Shown piece after piece: positions 13,046 through 25,929 of a stretch of DNA of 64,000 nt (the first letter of the stretch is position 1; every line of letters begins with the position of its first letter). The stretch covers positions 1,178,001-1,242,000 of the forward strand of contig OX597828.1 in assembly GCA_951406725.2 (NCBI GenBank), read 5' to 3'. This DNA is from Octopus vulgaris (lineage: Eukaryota). Below the pieces are notes generated by a model that was given only the letters and a program-made list of their open reading frames with translations, was not told where the DNA came from and made no database searches. The position numbers and the translations under genes are program-made.

Positions 13046-13330
13046 ATGTTGGACTTAAGAAAAATCAGATTTGGTGTGCAAGAGAGACGACTGCACTGGT
13101 ATGGTCATGTGTTGTGTATGGATGAGGACAGCTGTGTGAAAAAGTGTCACACCCTAGCAGTAGAGGGAAGCTGTGGGAAAGGTAGGCCCAGGAAGACCTG
13201 GGATGAGGTGGTGAAGCACAACCTTTGAACATTGGGCCTCACGGAGGCAATGACTGAGACCTTTGGAGATACATTGTGCTTGAGAAGACCCAGAAAGCCA
13301 AGTGAGGCCATAACTGTGGCCTATGCCATT
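13046..13330 (+). mobile_element. RTE LINE 3' fragment
   Basis: VQERRLHWYGHV...GRPRKTWDEVVK, as in the long RTE copies. Confidence 0.85.
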
Positions 13331-13899
13331 GCAGGAAGGAATGGAGGAAGAATGGAGGAAAGGAGGAAGAATGGATAGTAACAGAGAGTAGAAGGAAGAA
13401 GAGGAAGAAAAGAAAGAACACTGAGTGTGATATGGTACCTCAGTCCAACTCAAGACCGCTCAGACCCACCTGCCCTATACAGACTCCAGACTCACCCACT
13501 CCCTTTCCCCATAGGAAAAAAAGAAAAAGAAAAAAGAGCAGACACCACCACAGAATTTAGAAGACCCCTCCCCCGGTGTAAAGGTTATAAAGAATGTTGT
13601 CATTGAGCGGTAGTGAGAGTGGAAATAGAAGTACTAGACCAGAGACTAAAGAGGAATTAGGACTCAGAGGCAGCGAGTGGTGTTGCTCAGTGTGGGGTGA
13701 GTAGCACACTCTTCATATTTTCATTTTCAGATATCATTCATGTTATCATAACCTTAATTTATTTTCTCATGTTCATTTTCATGTCACTCACAGTATCATA
13801 TCTTATTTTTACATATTTTTAATTGTTATATGTCCCCACATGTTTTGTAGTGTCCCCTCTGTGTTATGCCTTTATGGCAATTTAAAAGAAATAATGTAG

Positions 13900-14222
13900 C
13901 TTGCTTACAAACCACATGGGCAAGTGTCTTCAGCTATAGCCTCAGGCTTGCAAATGGATTTGGTAGATGGAAACTGAAAAAAGGCCATCATATATATGTA
14001 TGTGTAATATGTTTGTGTGTCTGTGTTTGTACCCCACAACATCACTTGACAACTGATACTGGTGTGTTTACATCCCCGTAACCTAGCGGTTCGGCAAAAT
14101 AGACTGATAGAATAAGTACTAGGCTTACAAGGAATAAGTCCTAGGGTCAGTTTGCTCGCCTATATATGGTGATCCAGCATGGCCACTGTCAAATGCCTGA
14201 AACAAGTAAAAGAGTAAAAGTG
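13900..14222 (+). mobile_element. SINE (decayed)
   Basis: GGGCAAGTGTCTTC...GGATTTGGTAGA.GGAAACTGAAA...CTGAAACAAGTAAAAGAG, shared with 57804-58183. Confidence 0.75.
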
Positions 14223-14237
14223 AGATACATATATATT

Positions 14238-14274
<37 letters not shown>

Positions 14275-14405
14275 CTACATGCATATATACATGCATATAT
14301 ATATGTATATACATATATATACATGTGTGTATATATACATGCACACAAATAGACATATATATAAATATATACATGCATATATATATGTATATATATATAC
14401 ATGTG

Positions 14406-14465
<60 letters not shown>

Positions 14466-16980
14466 AATTAAGATAGGGGTTGTAAATGCAACCCTCCATG
14501 GGATAACATATATCCAATATACTGCTAGTGAAGTACCCAACAAGGTTAATACATAAATGTTAATGATTGCGATGCAATCAATTCATTTACTGTATTATAT
14601 GGGCAAAGGTAAAATGATTTACCACAAATTACTAATACAAGATAAGAAAATGGAGAAATACATCTAAATCAAATATCAATTACCAGATAATACTCAATCA
14701 CATACTTTATTAAACCACCACATAAGAGACTATAGGGTTAAATATAAAAAGCAGAACAAATCAGTGTACATAAAGGAATGTACATAAAAAAGTGTACATA
14801 AAAGAGTAATGTTGTATAATAAGTAGAATATATATAAAAGAGAATATAAATATAAGTAAATATAAATATAAGTATAGATTACATCTTACAGCTGTTTTGG
14901 CCATGTAGATAAGTATGTCTCATTTTACCAATATTAGCCTTTTATGGTAGGTCAATATATAGATATAAATGAGACATTTACAAAAATATCATAAGGCCTC
15001 TTCAGAGATTATGTAATATAACTCAGTCTACATATATACCCACATGGGTGTAGGTACATACCCATAATACAACATATACATATACATATGAGTGCATATA
15101 CTCACACTCCTATACATATAAAAATATACATATACATAATGATATAAATAAATAATATAAACTAGTAAACATATAAATGTGTTCAACATTCAATGTCTCA
15201 GTTTTTCGACTTAATATTGTGATAATAAACATGCACAAATTAGTACCTAGATGCAAATATACATAGTCAATAGTACATTATATTACTTCATACTAATTTC
15301 TAAAGTGTCATTAAAGTTAGCATCATTATCGTTGTCAATACCATTAATGCTACCATTATTATCATTCATAATATTATTAATAACGCTTACATTAGGATCC
15401 AGAGTGGCACATATGTATGTCCGGGTTCCAGTTAGTAATTTTCCTTATGACATAAATACACTATTGGATTTGGATTTAAAATTATCATTATCTTCCTCAC
15501 GGTTGGTCATTTGAGAGCCGCCCGACCTCCACCACACTGCTGCGCATATACACCTTACACCGATAAAAGACTCTGTGGGGTTCCGAATATCATGCTTATA
15601 TCAGAATAACTATATATTTTTGTATATTTTTCCAGCCGGGACAGAAACAATCAATGTAGAACACATACATGGAGACACAAAAGTTATAAAATTATAAATT
15701 GTAAGGACCAATAGTACAGTCCTTATATAGATGAATGCTAAAAGGTTACTGGTAGAAGAATTATATGTTATTTAAATCTAGAGAAAGTGTACGCCAATTT
15801 GTGAAGGCAAAAATAATTTCGCTCATTAATGCTGTTAATAATGGGTTGGCCGGCTTTGATGATGAAGAAAATTTCATTGATACATAAAGAACATTTTTTA
15901 CTTCTACTATTGTATACAGGTGCAGATGTTAGTATTAAAATCTATGTTCTTACTCTTGAGTTCCCAGATATACGTTCTTAACCCCGTAGAGTTCATCCTA
16001 TTTTTATTTTTAAAAGTATATCTATGATAGTTTAGCCGTTGTTTTATACTATTTTTAGTCGCACCAATGTACACCCTGCTATTATATTGTGTATTTACAG
16101 TGCATTGGTAAACCACCTCTCTCCTCAGGCATTTATTACCAAACACACATTGATTCTTGCTTCTGCAATTGCAGCCATTAACAGATTGAGGAGATTTAAC
16201 CCTGGCAGAAATCCCCATAGCCCTATTCCTGTTGATATTATTGCACTTATTTTCACTACTACTCATGTTTATCTTTCTATCATTATAGAAGCAATCCAAT
16301 TTCTTCGTTGTTGAAGGAGGAGATGATGGTGGCTAGATACTATATCCTATTCTAATAGTTTTATTGTTAATTATTTGGCTAAATTTATTCTTACCCTTAG
16401 TAAATAGTCTATATATTACTTTATGTATTGTTCTGACTATATCCGTTTTAATCTGCATTGCATATGGTATTATTAGCCATAGTGTATCGTCATCACTATG
16501 TGGATTACTCCGCAAATTGTTATTCTTGGGAAAAACCCTATTATTCTTCCAACCCATATGCTTTCTACCCTTAGTATTGTCAATATAATGCCTAGAATTC
16601 CCCTTTAGATTGGTTTTATTAGTGACTTTATTGTTATTGTTATTTTTATTATTATTATTGTTTAGATGAACTCCACTATTACCATATATATTATCAATGT
16701 TACTATGGCTATTGTTAATATCCCTACTCTTAATACTTATTAATTGATTTATCTCCATTTTCTTATTTTTCTTGAATAAATATAAACATTGGTTTATCTA
16801 ATTACCTATTATTCATGAGTATTATAATTAATATTCACAACAAATATTAGGTATTGGACCAGTAATTCATTGGATATTACTATCCCTTAATGAGGCCTAT
16901 CTTATATATATTTTGAATTTAGTTCACGAAACCCAGGTAGGGAAACCCTGGTCTAGGTAGAAACCATTCTTTCTCCATTA
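14466..16980 (-). mobile_element. Penelope-like element (GIY-YIG endonuclease, Neptune/Naiad-like), 5'-truncated and decayed
   Basis: ORF 16299-15907: CNCRSKNQCVFGNKC linker, VVYQCTV...VYIGAT...KQRLNYH...F...STGLRTYIWELK. Upstream LIIPY...IRIGYS linker. Hammerhead motif in the downstream region. Ends in (TA)n. Confidence 0.85.
14879..15017 (-). ncRNA. Type I hammerhead ribozyme of the Penelope element (GAAA mutated to AAAA)
   Basis: On -: ACATAATCT-CTGAAGA-GGCC-[long insert with ATGTCTCATTT/AAATGAGACAT pairing]-GGCC-AAAA-CAGCTG-TA-AGATGTAA. The palindromic stem III is typical of PLE minimal hammerheads. Confidence 0.7.
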
Positions 16981-17204
16981 GAGAGAGAGAGCTAGAAGTA
17001 AAACTAAAAACACAGTAATGCGCGCGCGCACCCTTTACTTTTAGTATATATTTAATTGAAAGGAGAGGTGCGATTCTAAATAATTTCAGTTAACTTTCGG
17101 ATGTTTTAAATTATATATGAAATAAATTAGATTTCACCGAAATTTTGATTTTTAGAAAGGTTACGTATCATTATTGTTCGAAAATAAATTGTTTATCACT
17201 TTTA

Positions 17205-17335
17205 TTTCGTTTGAATCTTGTGAGAGAGCAGTGTAAGTATTGAGAAGCCTAGCGATGGCTTATGAATATGACGTCAACGCCAATCAGCGCGCAATTCGCC
17301 CAGAAAGCGCGGAATACAGTCTCCGCCATGATACT
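17205..17335 (+). promoter_or_regulatory. CpG-rich promoter of the Myb gene
   Basis: CHR-like TTTGAA 17210-17215; perfect CRE TGACGTCA 17269-17276; CCAAT 17280-17284; E2F-like GCGCGCAA 17287-17294 and GCGCGGAA 17307-17314; YY1-like CCGCCATG 17323-17330. Confidence 0.65.
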
Positions 17336-17453
17336 AGTTTTCATCTCTGCTTATGTTTATTTCAAGTGATTATTATCGGCATGAAGTAAATAGTGAATCG
17401 TTACGTGTGTCTTGTTATGGAAATACAATTCGTTTATTATATGATCAATCGTA

Positions 17454-17476
17454 ATGAGTGAGCCTCATAAGATTGG
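17454..17476 (+). CDS. Myb: Myb-family transcription factor, coding exon 1 (MSEPHKIG, phase 2)
   Basis: ATGAGTGAGCCTCATAAGATTGG followed by a consensus donor GTGAGT. It joins in frame (GG+A) to exon 47042. The 23-nt phase-2 first coding exon resembles vertebrate MYB exon 1. Confidence 0.7.
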
Positions 17477-18609
17477 GTGAGTTTTGTTAATTATTTTCGT
17501 CTATTTGTTTTCGATTGAAAGATGGTTTTTTTCAGACGTAACAAATATTTGTTCATAATTCTTCCTAATCTTTTTATTATATAAAGAAACGTTTTCATAT
17601 TTCAATTATTCGTTGGAATGATATGAAGCTGATTTTTATGCTGAATAAATATGTCTCTTAAGTCCATTTTAAAGGAAGAACACAGCAGGTCTGCTACCTT
17701 GTAGAAAGAACACAGTAGATATGTTACCTTATAGAAACAACATACGTCTTTGATTTGGATTTGCAGTGTGAAATGGGTTTGTTGAATGCTTTGTGAATTT
17801 ACCTAAAATATTATGCATGAAATTTGCTTTGTTTGTATAACTTTATATTTTATTATGAGATCTATTTTGTTGAAACGAAATACCTGTTTTAAGGTATCAT
17901 TAGTTTTCATAAAATGTGTCCATCAAAATTTTTTTCATTTCTCTTGATAATCTAAAATTTGTTTTCGATTTACCAAAATGTGTTTTGAGGCTTCAATATC
18001 GTAATTTAATAGCATTTTTTAACGTTTTTCTGGCGTTTGTTGATATATCTGGCGTTTGCTATAAGTATTTTAAAATGCGAATTGAAGTTTTAAGTTTTGT
18101 TTATTAAAGCTGGGTACAAGTTTTATGTGACAATATTTAGTGTAGATGATCTTTCCCACGTGTTATTATTCACATGAGATACTCAAGACAACTTTTAAAT
18201 GTGAATACGGTGTAATGGGACTGATCAGAGCGAAAACAGGTATGTTTTCGGTGGAAGAGATTTTATCATACGGTTAAGGTTTGCACGTTTAAAAACAATT
18301 TAATGCTAAGATAATTTCAGATAACATTGTTTTACAGGCACCCTATACAATAAAGACAAATTCTCAATTAGCACTTTCAAAACGTCTCATAAAATTATTA
18401 TACACGTACAGTCATGCACATCCATCCAAACATACGCTGTGTGTGTGTATTCAGGGCTCAAAAGTTAAGATCTCACTCTAGGAAAGAGCAGTTATGGGTA
18501 CAATAAGAGGTAAATCTCTACTATGTATGTATGAATATATGTGTATATATGGATGAGTACACACACACACATACATACATACACACGCAAACACATACAT
18601 ACACATATA

Positions 18610-18950
18610 CCATCAACATCATTTAGTGTCTATTTTTCATGCTGGCACACACCGTGACTAGTTCCTATGGCTGAATGCTCTTCCTAACGCCAACCACTCC
18701 AAGAGTATAGTGGGTGCTTTTTACGTGTCATCAGCACTGTCCACGATTACGATTTCACTTGGCCTGACGAGTCTTCTCAAGCACAGCAAACAACTAAAGG
18801 TCTCGATCATTTGTCATTACCTCCGTGAGACCCAACATCCGAAGATCATGCTTGAATCCTTTGTCCCATGTCTTTCTAGGTCTATCTCTTCCAGAGGTTT
18901 ATTCCACAGTTATTGATCAGCACTTCTTCATGCAGCTGTCCTCGTCCATA
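18610..18950 (-). mobile_element. RTE 3' end fragment
   Basis: CATCAACATCATTTAG tail and 3' UTR/C-terminal similarity to the RTE copies. Confidence 0.65.
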
Positions 18951-18985
18951 TGCATATATACTTATATGTACATATTTATAGATAT

Positions 18986-19078
<93 letters not shown>

Positions 19079-19139
19079 TATAATCATCATTTAGCGTCTG
19101 TTGTCTATGCTGGCATCGATTGGACATATATATATAGTT

Positions 19140-20465
19140 GCAGAAAGGTTCATAGCTCAATTAGGGAGAAAGTTAGCATAGATGAGATGCAGTTTGGATT
19201 TGTGTCAGGGAGAAGCACCACCGATGCTATCTTCCTGGTGAGGCAACTGCAGGAGAAATACCTGGCCAAAAATAAATCTCTGTTTCTGGCTTTCATTGAC
19301 ATGGAGAAAGCCTTTGATAGGGTCCCCCACTCCCTTATCTGATGGGCAATGTGGAAGCTAAGGATAGATGAGTGGTTAAAGATAGCTGCACAAGTCATAT
19401 ACATGGATGCTGTTAGTATGGTGAGAGTTGCCAATGAGTATAGCATGGAGTTCAGTGTACAATTAAAAGTTCACCAGTGGTCAGTTCTTAGCCTGCTCTC
19501 TCTCTAAGCCGTAACTGAGGAGTTTAAGACTGGCTGTTCCTGGGAGCTCCTCTATGCTGATGACCTTGTTCTTATTGCTGAATCACTACAAGAACTAGAG
19601 AAAAAATTTCAGGTATGGAAGTAAGGTCTGGAATCAAAGGGCCTTAGAGTTAACATAGCAAAGACCAAAGTATTGATAAGTAACAAATTGCAGGTACCTT
19701 CAGGGAGATGGCCCTGCTCGTTCTGTAGTAAAGGCATAGGTAGAAACTCCATAAGATGTACTTGGTGTAAGCTATGGACACATAACAGGTGCAGCAATAT
19801 CAGAAGAAGGTTAACAGGGAAAATAGTCTACATGTGGCAGATGTGTAGGTACTTTAAACTCCAGGAATGTATGAAAAATAGATATCCTCAAATGTCAGGG
19901 ATGATCCTTAGAAGTAGTAGATGCTTTCTGTTACTTGGATGATCAAGTTATTAGTGGGGGTTCTGAAAGCTTAGCTATTAGAATAAGAATTGGCTGGGTG
20001 AAGTTCAGATAGCTACTACCTCTGTTAGTAGCAAAGGGCTTCTCTCTCAGTGGGAGGCAGATTGTATGATGCCTGTGTATGGACAGCTATGCTACATGGC
20101 AGTGAGATGTGGACTGTGACTACTGAGGATATGCAAAGACTTGAAAGAAATTAAGCTAGTATGATTTGCTGGATGGGTAATGTCAGTGTGCATATACAAC
20201 AGTGTGATTTGAGAAAAACTGGGTATATGTAGCATCAAATGTAGTGTGTAAGAGAGAAGACTGTGGTGGTATGGCCATGTAATGCATATCAATGTGAACA
20301 GTAGCATCAAGGTGTTGAACTCTAATTGTAGAGGGAACGTGTGGAAGGGATAGACCCAGGAAGATGCGGGACAAAGAAAGGATCTACAAACATTGGGACT
20401 CGCAGAAGAGATGACAAGGGACCAAAACTCTTTGCAGCTTTTTCCGTGCTTGAAAAGACACGTTT
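19140..20465 (+). mobile_element. RTE LINE, 5'-truncated, decayed
   Basis: DEMQFGFV, STTDAIFLVRQLQEKY, DMEKAFDRVP, LLYADDL and PHD-like Cys motif; many stops. Confidence 0.9.
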
Positions 20466-20684
20466 AAATTCATCCCTTGCAACCCTCTCCAGCCAAGCAT
20501 CCCCAATCTTGTGGATCGTAAGTGCTGGTGCCATTTAAAATGCACCCAGTATACTCTGTAAAGTGGTTGGCATTATGAAGGGCATCCAGCTGTAAAAACC
20601 ATGCCAAAACAGCCCTTCAGCTGGTCAGCTTCTATCAAACTGTCCAACTCATGCCAGCATAAAAAACAGACATTAAATGATGAT

Positions 20685-20745
<61 letters not shown>

Positions 20746-20748
<3 letters not shown>

Positions 20749-23523
20749 AGCCTTTGATATTACTCAAGGCCTTTGATGAAATAGAAGGGGATATAGCTTC
20801 ACACGGTGTAGAAGACAACTGGAGGCTTCTACAGGACAACCTGCTGAGAGCTACTGACCAGATCTGTAGATGGTGCAAACTCCCCTCTCTATCCAAAATA
20901 ACATGGTGGTGGAACAATGTTGTAGACAGGGCTATTAGAAAAAAGAAACCAGCTTGGAAGAACGGTGGTAGCAGGGAACTGTATCAGACTGCCAGAAGTG
21001 AAGCTAGGAGACAGGTTTATTTAGCCAGAGGGGAAGCAGATAAGAAAAAATTTGTCAATGTTCTGAGCCGTGATGACCAAAGACTTGAGGTATTTTGTGT
21101 TGCCAGACAGTGTGTGAGAGAGAATCATGATGTTGTAGGAGAGAAATGTGTCCACATGGATGATGGTTCACTTGCACTAAATGAGGCTGCAAAGAGAGAG
21201 GTTTGGAGATGCCACTATGAAAGGTTGCTCAATAAAGAAAATGAATGGGAGAAAGAGAGTCTGCCGAATGTTGACCCAACAGAGGGACCAGCTATCCGAT
21301 TTGACAGTATCTTGGTAGATAAAGCAGTTAAGAGTATGAAGACAGGAAAAGCCCCCGGTCAATCAGGAATTACTGCAGAGATGCTCAAAATATCTGGCAG
21401 TGTCGGCTATAGCCTAGTCACCCGTATAGTTAATCAGGTGATACATGAAGGAGTCATACCCAATGACTGGTGTAGCAGCATAATAGTCAACTGCTACAAA
21501 GGTAAAGGTGATGCATTAGATACAAATAATTACAGAGGTATCAAGCTGTTGGATCAGGTAATGAAGGTCACGGAGAGGGTCATAGCCCAACTAATTAGGG
21601 AGAGAGTCAGTTTAGATGAGATGCAGTTTGGGTTTGTGCCAGGGAAATGCACCAGTGATGCCATATTTCTGGTAAGGTAGCTGCAGGAGAAATACCTAGC
21701 CAAAGATAAGCCCCTATACCTGGCTTTCGTTGACATGGAGAAATTCTTTGACAGGGTCCCCTGATCCCTTATCTGGTGGTCAATGTGGAAACTAGGGATA
21801 GATGAATGGTTAGTGAGAGCTGTGCAAGCCATGTACAGGGACGCTGTCAGTAAGGTGAGGGTTGGCAACGAGTACAGTGAAGAATTCCGGGTAGAGGTAG
21901 GGGTCCACCAAGGTTCAGTCCTCAGCCCCCTCCTATTTATCATAGTCCTCCAGGCAATAACGGAGGAATTCAAAATAGGATGCCCCTGGAAGCTCCTCTA
22001 TGCTGATGACCTTGCCCTAATTGCTGAGTCACTATCAGAACTAGAGAAGTTTCAAGTGTGGAAACAAGGATTAGAATCGAAGGGCCTTAGAGTCAACCTA
22101 GCTAAAACCAAAGTCCTAATAAGTAGGAAGGCAGGCAAACCACAAATCCCTTCAGGTAGAAGGCCCTGCTCGATATGTAGTAGAGGCGTAGGTAGAAACT
22201 CTATAAGATGTACCGAGTGTAAGCTATGGACACATAAGAGGTGCAGCAATATCAAAGGAAAGCTAACTGGGAAAATAGTTTTTGTATGTGGCAGATGCTC
22301 AGGAGCAATAAACAGTGAAAATGTGCAGAGAACAACTTCCGCCACATTCCAGGGAGAAAACTAGAAATAGTTGATAGCTTCCGTTACCTAGGTGACCAAG
22401 TCAGTATCGGGGGAGGGTGCGCTGAAAGTGTAGCTGCTAGAATAAGAATAGCCTGGGCAAAGTTCAGAGAGCTCTTACCTCTGCTGGTGACAAAGGGCCT
22501 CTCGCTCAGAGTAAAAGGTAGACTGTATGATGCATGTGTATGAACAGCCATGCAATATGGCAGTGAAACTTGGGCCATGACTGCTGAGGACATGTGTAAG
22601 CTCGAAAGGAATGAAGCCAGTATGCTCTGATGGATGTGTAATGTCAGTGTGCATACTTGACAGAGTGTAGGTACCTTAAGAGAAAGGTTGGACCTAAGAA
22701 GCATCAGATGTGGTGTGCAAGAGAGACGACTGCGCTGGTATGGTCATGTGGCGAGAATGGATGTGGATAGCTGTGTGAAAAAGTGCCACACCCTAGCAGT
22801 TGAGGGAACCTGTGGAAGAGGTAGACCCAGGAAGACCTGGGATGAGGTGGTGAAGCATGACCTTCAAACATTGGGCCTCACTGAGGCAATGACTAGTGAC
22901 CGGGACCTTTGGAAATATGCTGTGCTTGAGAAGACTCGGCAAGCTGAAGTGAGACCATAACCTTGTGGCCTATGCCAGGGGTGTAACCAGCCCACTTATG
23001 CGTACCTCTCCTTCATTGGACACTAAACTCTGCTTCGAAGACCTGTTGAGGCAAGTGAAATTGAAATGAAATTCGATGACTGGCATCTGTGCAAGTGGAG
23101 TGCTAAGAGTACCATACAAGCGTGATCATTACCAGAGCAAGCTGGCCTCCTTGCTGATGGGCATGTAAAAAGCACCATCCAAGTGTGATCGTTACCTGCG
23201 TCGCCTTACTGGCACTTGTGCTGGTGGCACGTGAAAAACATTTGAGCGAGGTCGTTGCCAGTGCCGCTGGATTGGTTCCTGTGCAGGTGGCACATAAAAA
23301 GCACCATTTGAGCATGGTTGTTGCCAGTACCGCCTGACTGGCCCTCGTGCCGGTGGCACATAAAAGCACCCACTACACTCTCAGAGTGGTTGGCGTTAGG
23401 AAGGGCATCCAGCTGTAGAAACTCTGCCAAATCAGATTGGAGTCTGGTTTGCCAGACCTCAGTCAAATCGTCCAACCCATACTAGCATGGAAAGCAGACG
23501 TTAAATGATTATGATGATGATGA
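20746..23523 (+). mobile_element. RTE LINE, 5'-truncated, with 3' UTR and (GAT)n tail
   Basis: RT motifs NYRGIKLL, GVHQGSVLSPLLF, YADD and C-terminal RRLRWYGHV. Tail ACGTTAAATGATTATGATGATGATG. Confidence 0.92.
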
Positions 23524-23530
23524 TTTATAT

Positions 23531-23630
23531 NNNNNNNNNNNNNNNNNNNNNNNNNNNNNNNNNNNNNNNNNNNNNNNNNNNNNNNNNNNNNNNNNNNNNN
23601 NNNNNNNNNNNNNNNNNNNNNNNNNNNNNN
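23531..23630. other. Assembly gap (100 N)
   Basis: Run of N. Confidence 1.
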
Positions 23631-24068
23631 CATCTGGAAGATCCTGGAGGGACGTGTCCTAAACTTTGGCATCGAGAGTTACGCAAATGCCAGAACTGGG
23701 CGCCACTGCCTGGTGCCTAGGACTCCAAACCTGCCATCAAGATGTAGGACAAGATTCTGTGATAGCCTGGGCTTCCGAGGCCCACAGCTCTTCAATATCC
23801 TCCCGAAGAACCTGAGAGACCTGCATGGGGTGGATGCAGATGTCTTTAAAATGAAACTGGATCTCTTCCTGTCAGGTGTCCCAGATGAACCAACTTCACG
23901 GCAGGAGGTGCAGATGAGGGCAGCTGCATCGAACTCTCTCATGCACCAAATGGCAGTTGCTAAAAAGCTTTCGTGAAGTAAAACCAAGTAGCAACACCAA
24001 ATGGCGGTGCCCCAGCATGGCCACAGCTCATAAGCTGAAACTAGAATCAATCAATCAATCAATCAATC
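23631..24068 (+). mobile_element. CR1-like LINE 3' end with (AATC)n tail
   Basis: Highly similar to 29263-29697. Confidence 0.9.
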
Positions 24069-24089
24069 ATGTCTCCAAAAAGATTTTTC

Positions 24090-24283
24090 GTTTCATGTTC
24101 GTCTCTGTTGCGTTGCATTCTTTCCTTCTGTGGCTGGCTGATTCGGAGCGGATCTCAGAATTGAACGGCCGAAATCTGCGATGAGGGATCAGTTTCTGAC
24201 TGAAGAATGAAGGCTTTGAATGACCCGTTTGTCTTTTTGTTCGTCCCTTCGTGTATTTCACGTTATTTATTTATGTAAATGTT

Positions 24284-24329
<46 letters not shown>

Positions 24330-25520
24330 ATGTATGTATATATGTATGTATGTATGTATGTATATATATATATGTGTGTATGTATATATATATGTGTGTG
24401 TGTATGTATATATATATATGTGTGTGTGTGTGTGTATGTATATATGTGTGTGTATGTATATATGTATGTGTGTGTGTATGTATATATATATATGTGTGTA
24501 TGTATATATATGTGTGTTTGTGTGTGTATGTATATATATATGTGTGTGTGTGTGTGTAAGTATATATATGTGTGTTTGTGTGTGTGTGTATGTATATATG
24601 TGTGTGTGTGTGTATGTATATATATGTGTGTGTGTGCATGTATATATATGTGTGTGTGTGTATGTGTATATATGCGTGTGTGTATGTATATATATATATA
24701 TATGTTATTATTTATTTATCTAAAGGCTTATTATATACATATATATATATATGTGTGTGTGTGTATATATATATATATGTTATTATTTATTTATCTAAAG
24801 GTTTATTATATACATATATATATATATGTGTGTATGTATATATATGTGTGTGTGTATGTGTATATATATATATATGTGTTATTATTTAATTATCTAAAAG
24901 TTATTATATACATATATATATATATGTATGTGTGTATGTATATATGTGTGTGTGTGTGTATGTATATATGTTTGTGTGTGCATGTATATATATGTGTGTG
25001 TGTATGTGTATATATATATATATGTGTATTATGTATGTTATCCATATGTTTATTGTATGCATATGTATATATATGTGTGTGTGTGTATGTATATATATAT
25101 ATATATGTTATTATTTATTTATCTAAAGGTTTATTATATACATATATATATATATATGTATGTGTGTATGTATATATATGTGTGTGTGTATGTATATATA
25201 TATATATATATGTTATTATTTATTTATGTAAAGGTTTATTATATACATATATATATATATGTATGTGTGTATGTATATATATGTGTGTGTGTGTATGTAT
25301 ATATATGTGTGTGTGTGTTTCATGTTCGTCTCTGTTGCGTTGCATTCTGTCCTTCTGTGGCTGGCTGATTCGGAGCGGATCTCAGAATTAAACAGCCGAA
25401 ATCTGCGATGAGGGATCAGTTTCTGACTGAAGAATGAAGGCTTTGAATGACACGTTTGTCTTTTTGTTCGTCCCTTCGTGTATTTCACGTTAGTTATTTA
25501 TGTAAAGGTTTATTATATAT
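24090..25520. repeat. Duplicated ~200-bp unit (24090-24290 and 25318-25520) bracketing a compound (TA)/(TG) microsatellite
   Basis: TTTCATGTTCGTCTCTGTTGCGTTGCATTC...CCCTTCGTGTATTTCACGTT occurs twice. The spacer contains GTTATTATTTATTTATCTAAAGGTTTATTATA about five times between dinucleotide runs. Confidence 0.85.
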
Positions 25521-25929
25521 TTCGCAGCGTACGTGCATAATAACTTCTTTATGTTTATCATATCAAAACCCCTGCACGATGTCTTTAAACTATTTTCTTT
25601 CCTTCGCCATTGCTTCGTTGCCAAATTGTTTTGGCGCCTTTTTCTCCCAGCCTCTCTGATTCCTTCTCTCCCTCTCTCTCTTGATCACTGCTTCTTCTCT
25701 GATTCCTTCTCTCCCTCTCTCTCTCTCGGTCACTGCTTCTGTCCTCGCCTTCTACCCTCCTTGGTCCCCTCTCTCTCTTAGCCCCTCCTCTCTCTTACCC
25801 TCTTGCGACTTGCTGCCTCAGCCATTCTCTTTCCATCGGCCACTTGTTCAACATGTGTCTTATCACCGAAAAGGTAATTATTTTTCCACGCTTGCTGATA
25901 TTGTTTTTGTGTCTCTCTTTTTGTGTTAA

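Noticed and set aside
16300-16340. Selenocysteine readthrough in the Penelope (Naiad-type) ORF
   Set aside because: The break is a frameshift/TAG, not an in-frame TGA; no convincing SECIS seen.
24165-24215. GAAA...CTGAAGA as a type II hammerhead (also ~25395-25440)
   Set aside because: The cleavage position would be G, and stems I/II do not close on the core.
24220-25488. Long YI/VC-rich ORFs (also 14160-14543 and 29589-31858)
   Set aside because: Translations of (TA)n/(CA)n microsatellites.
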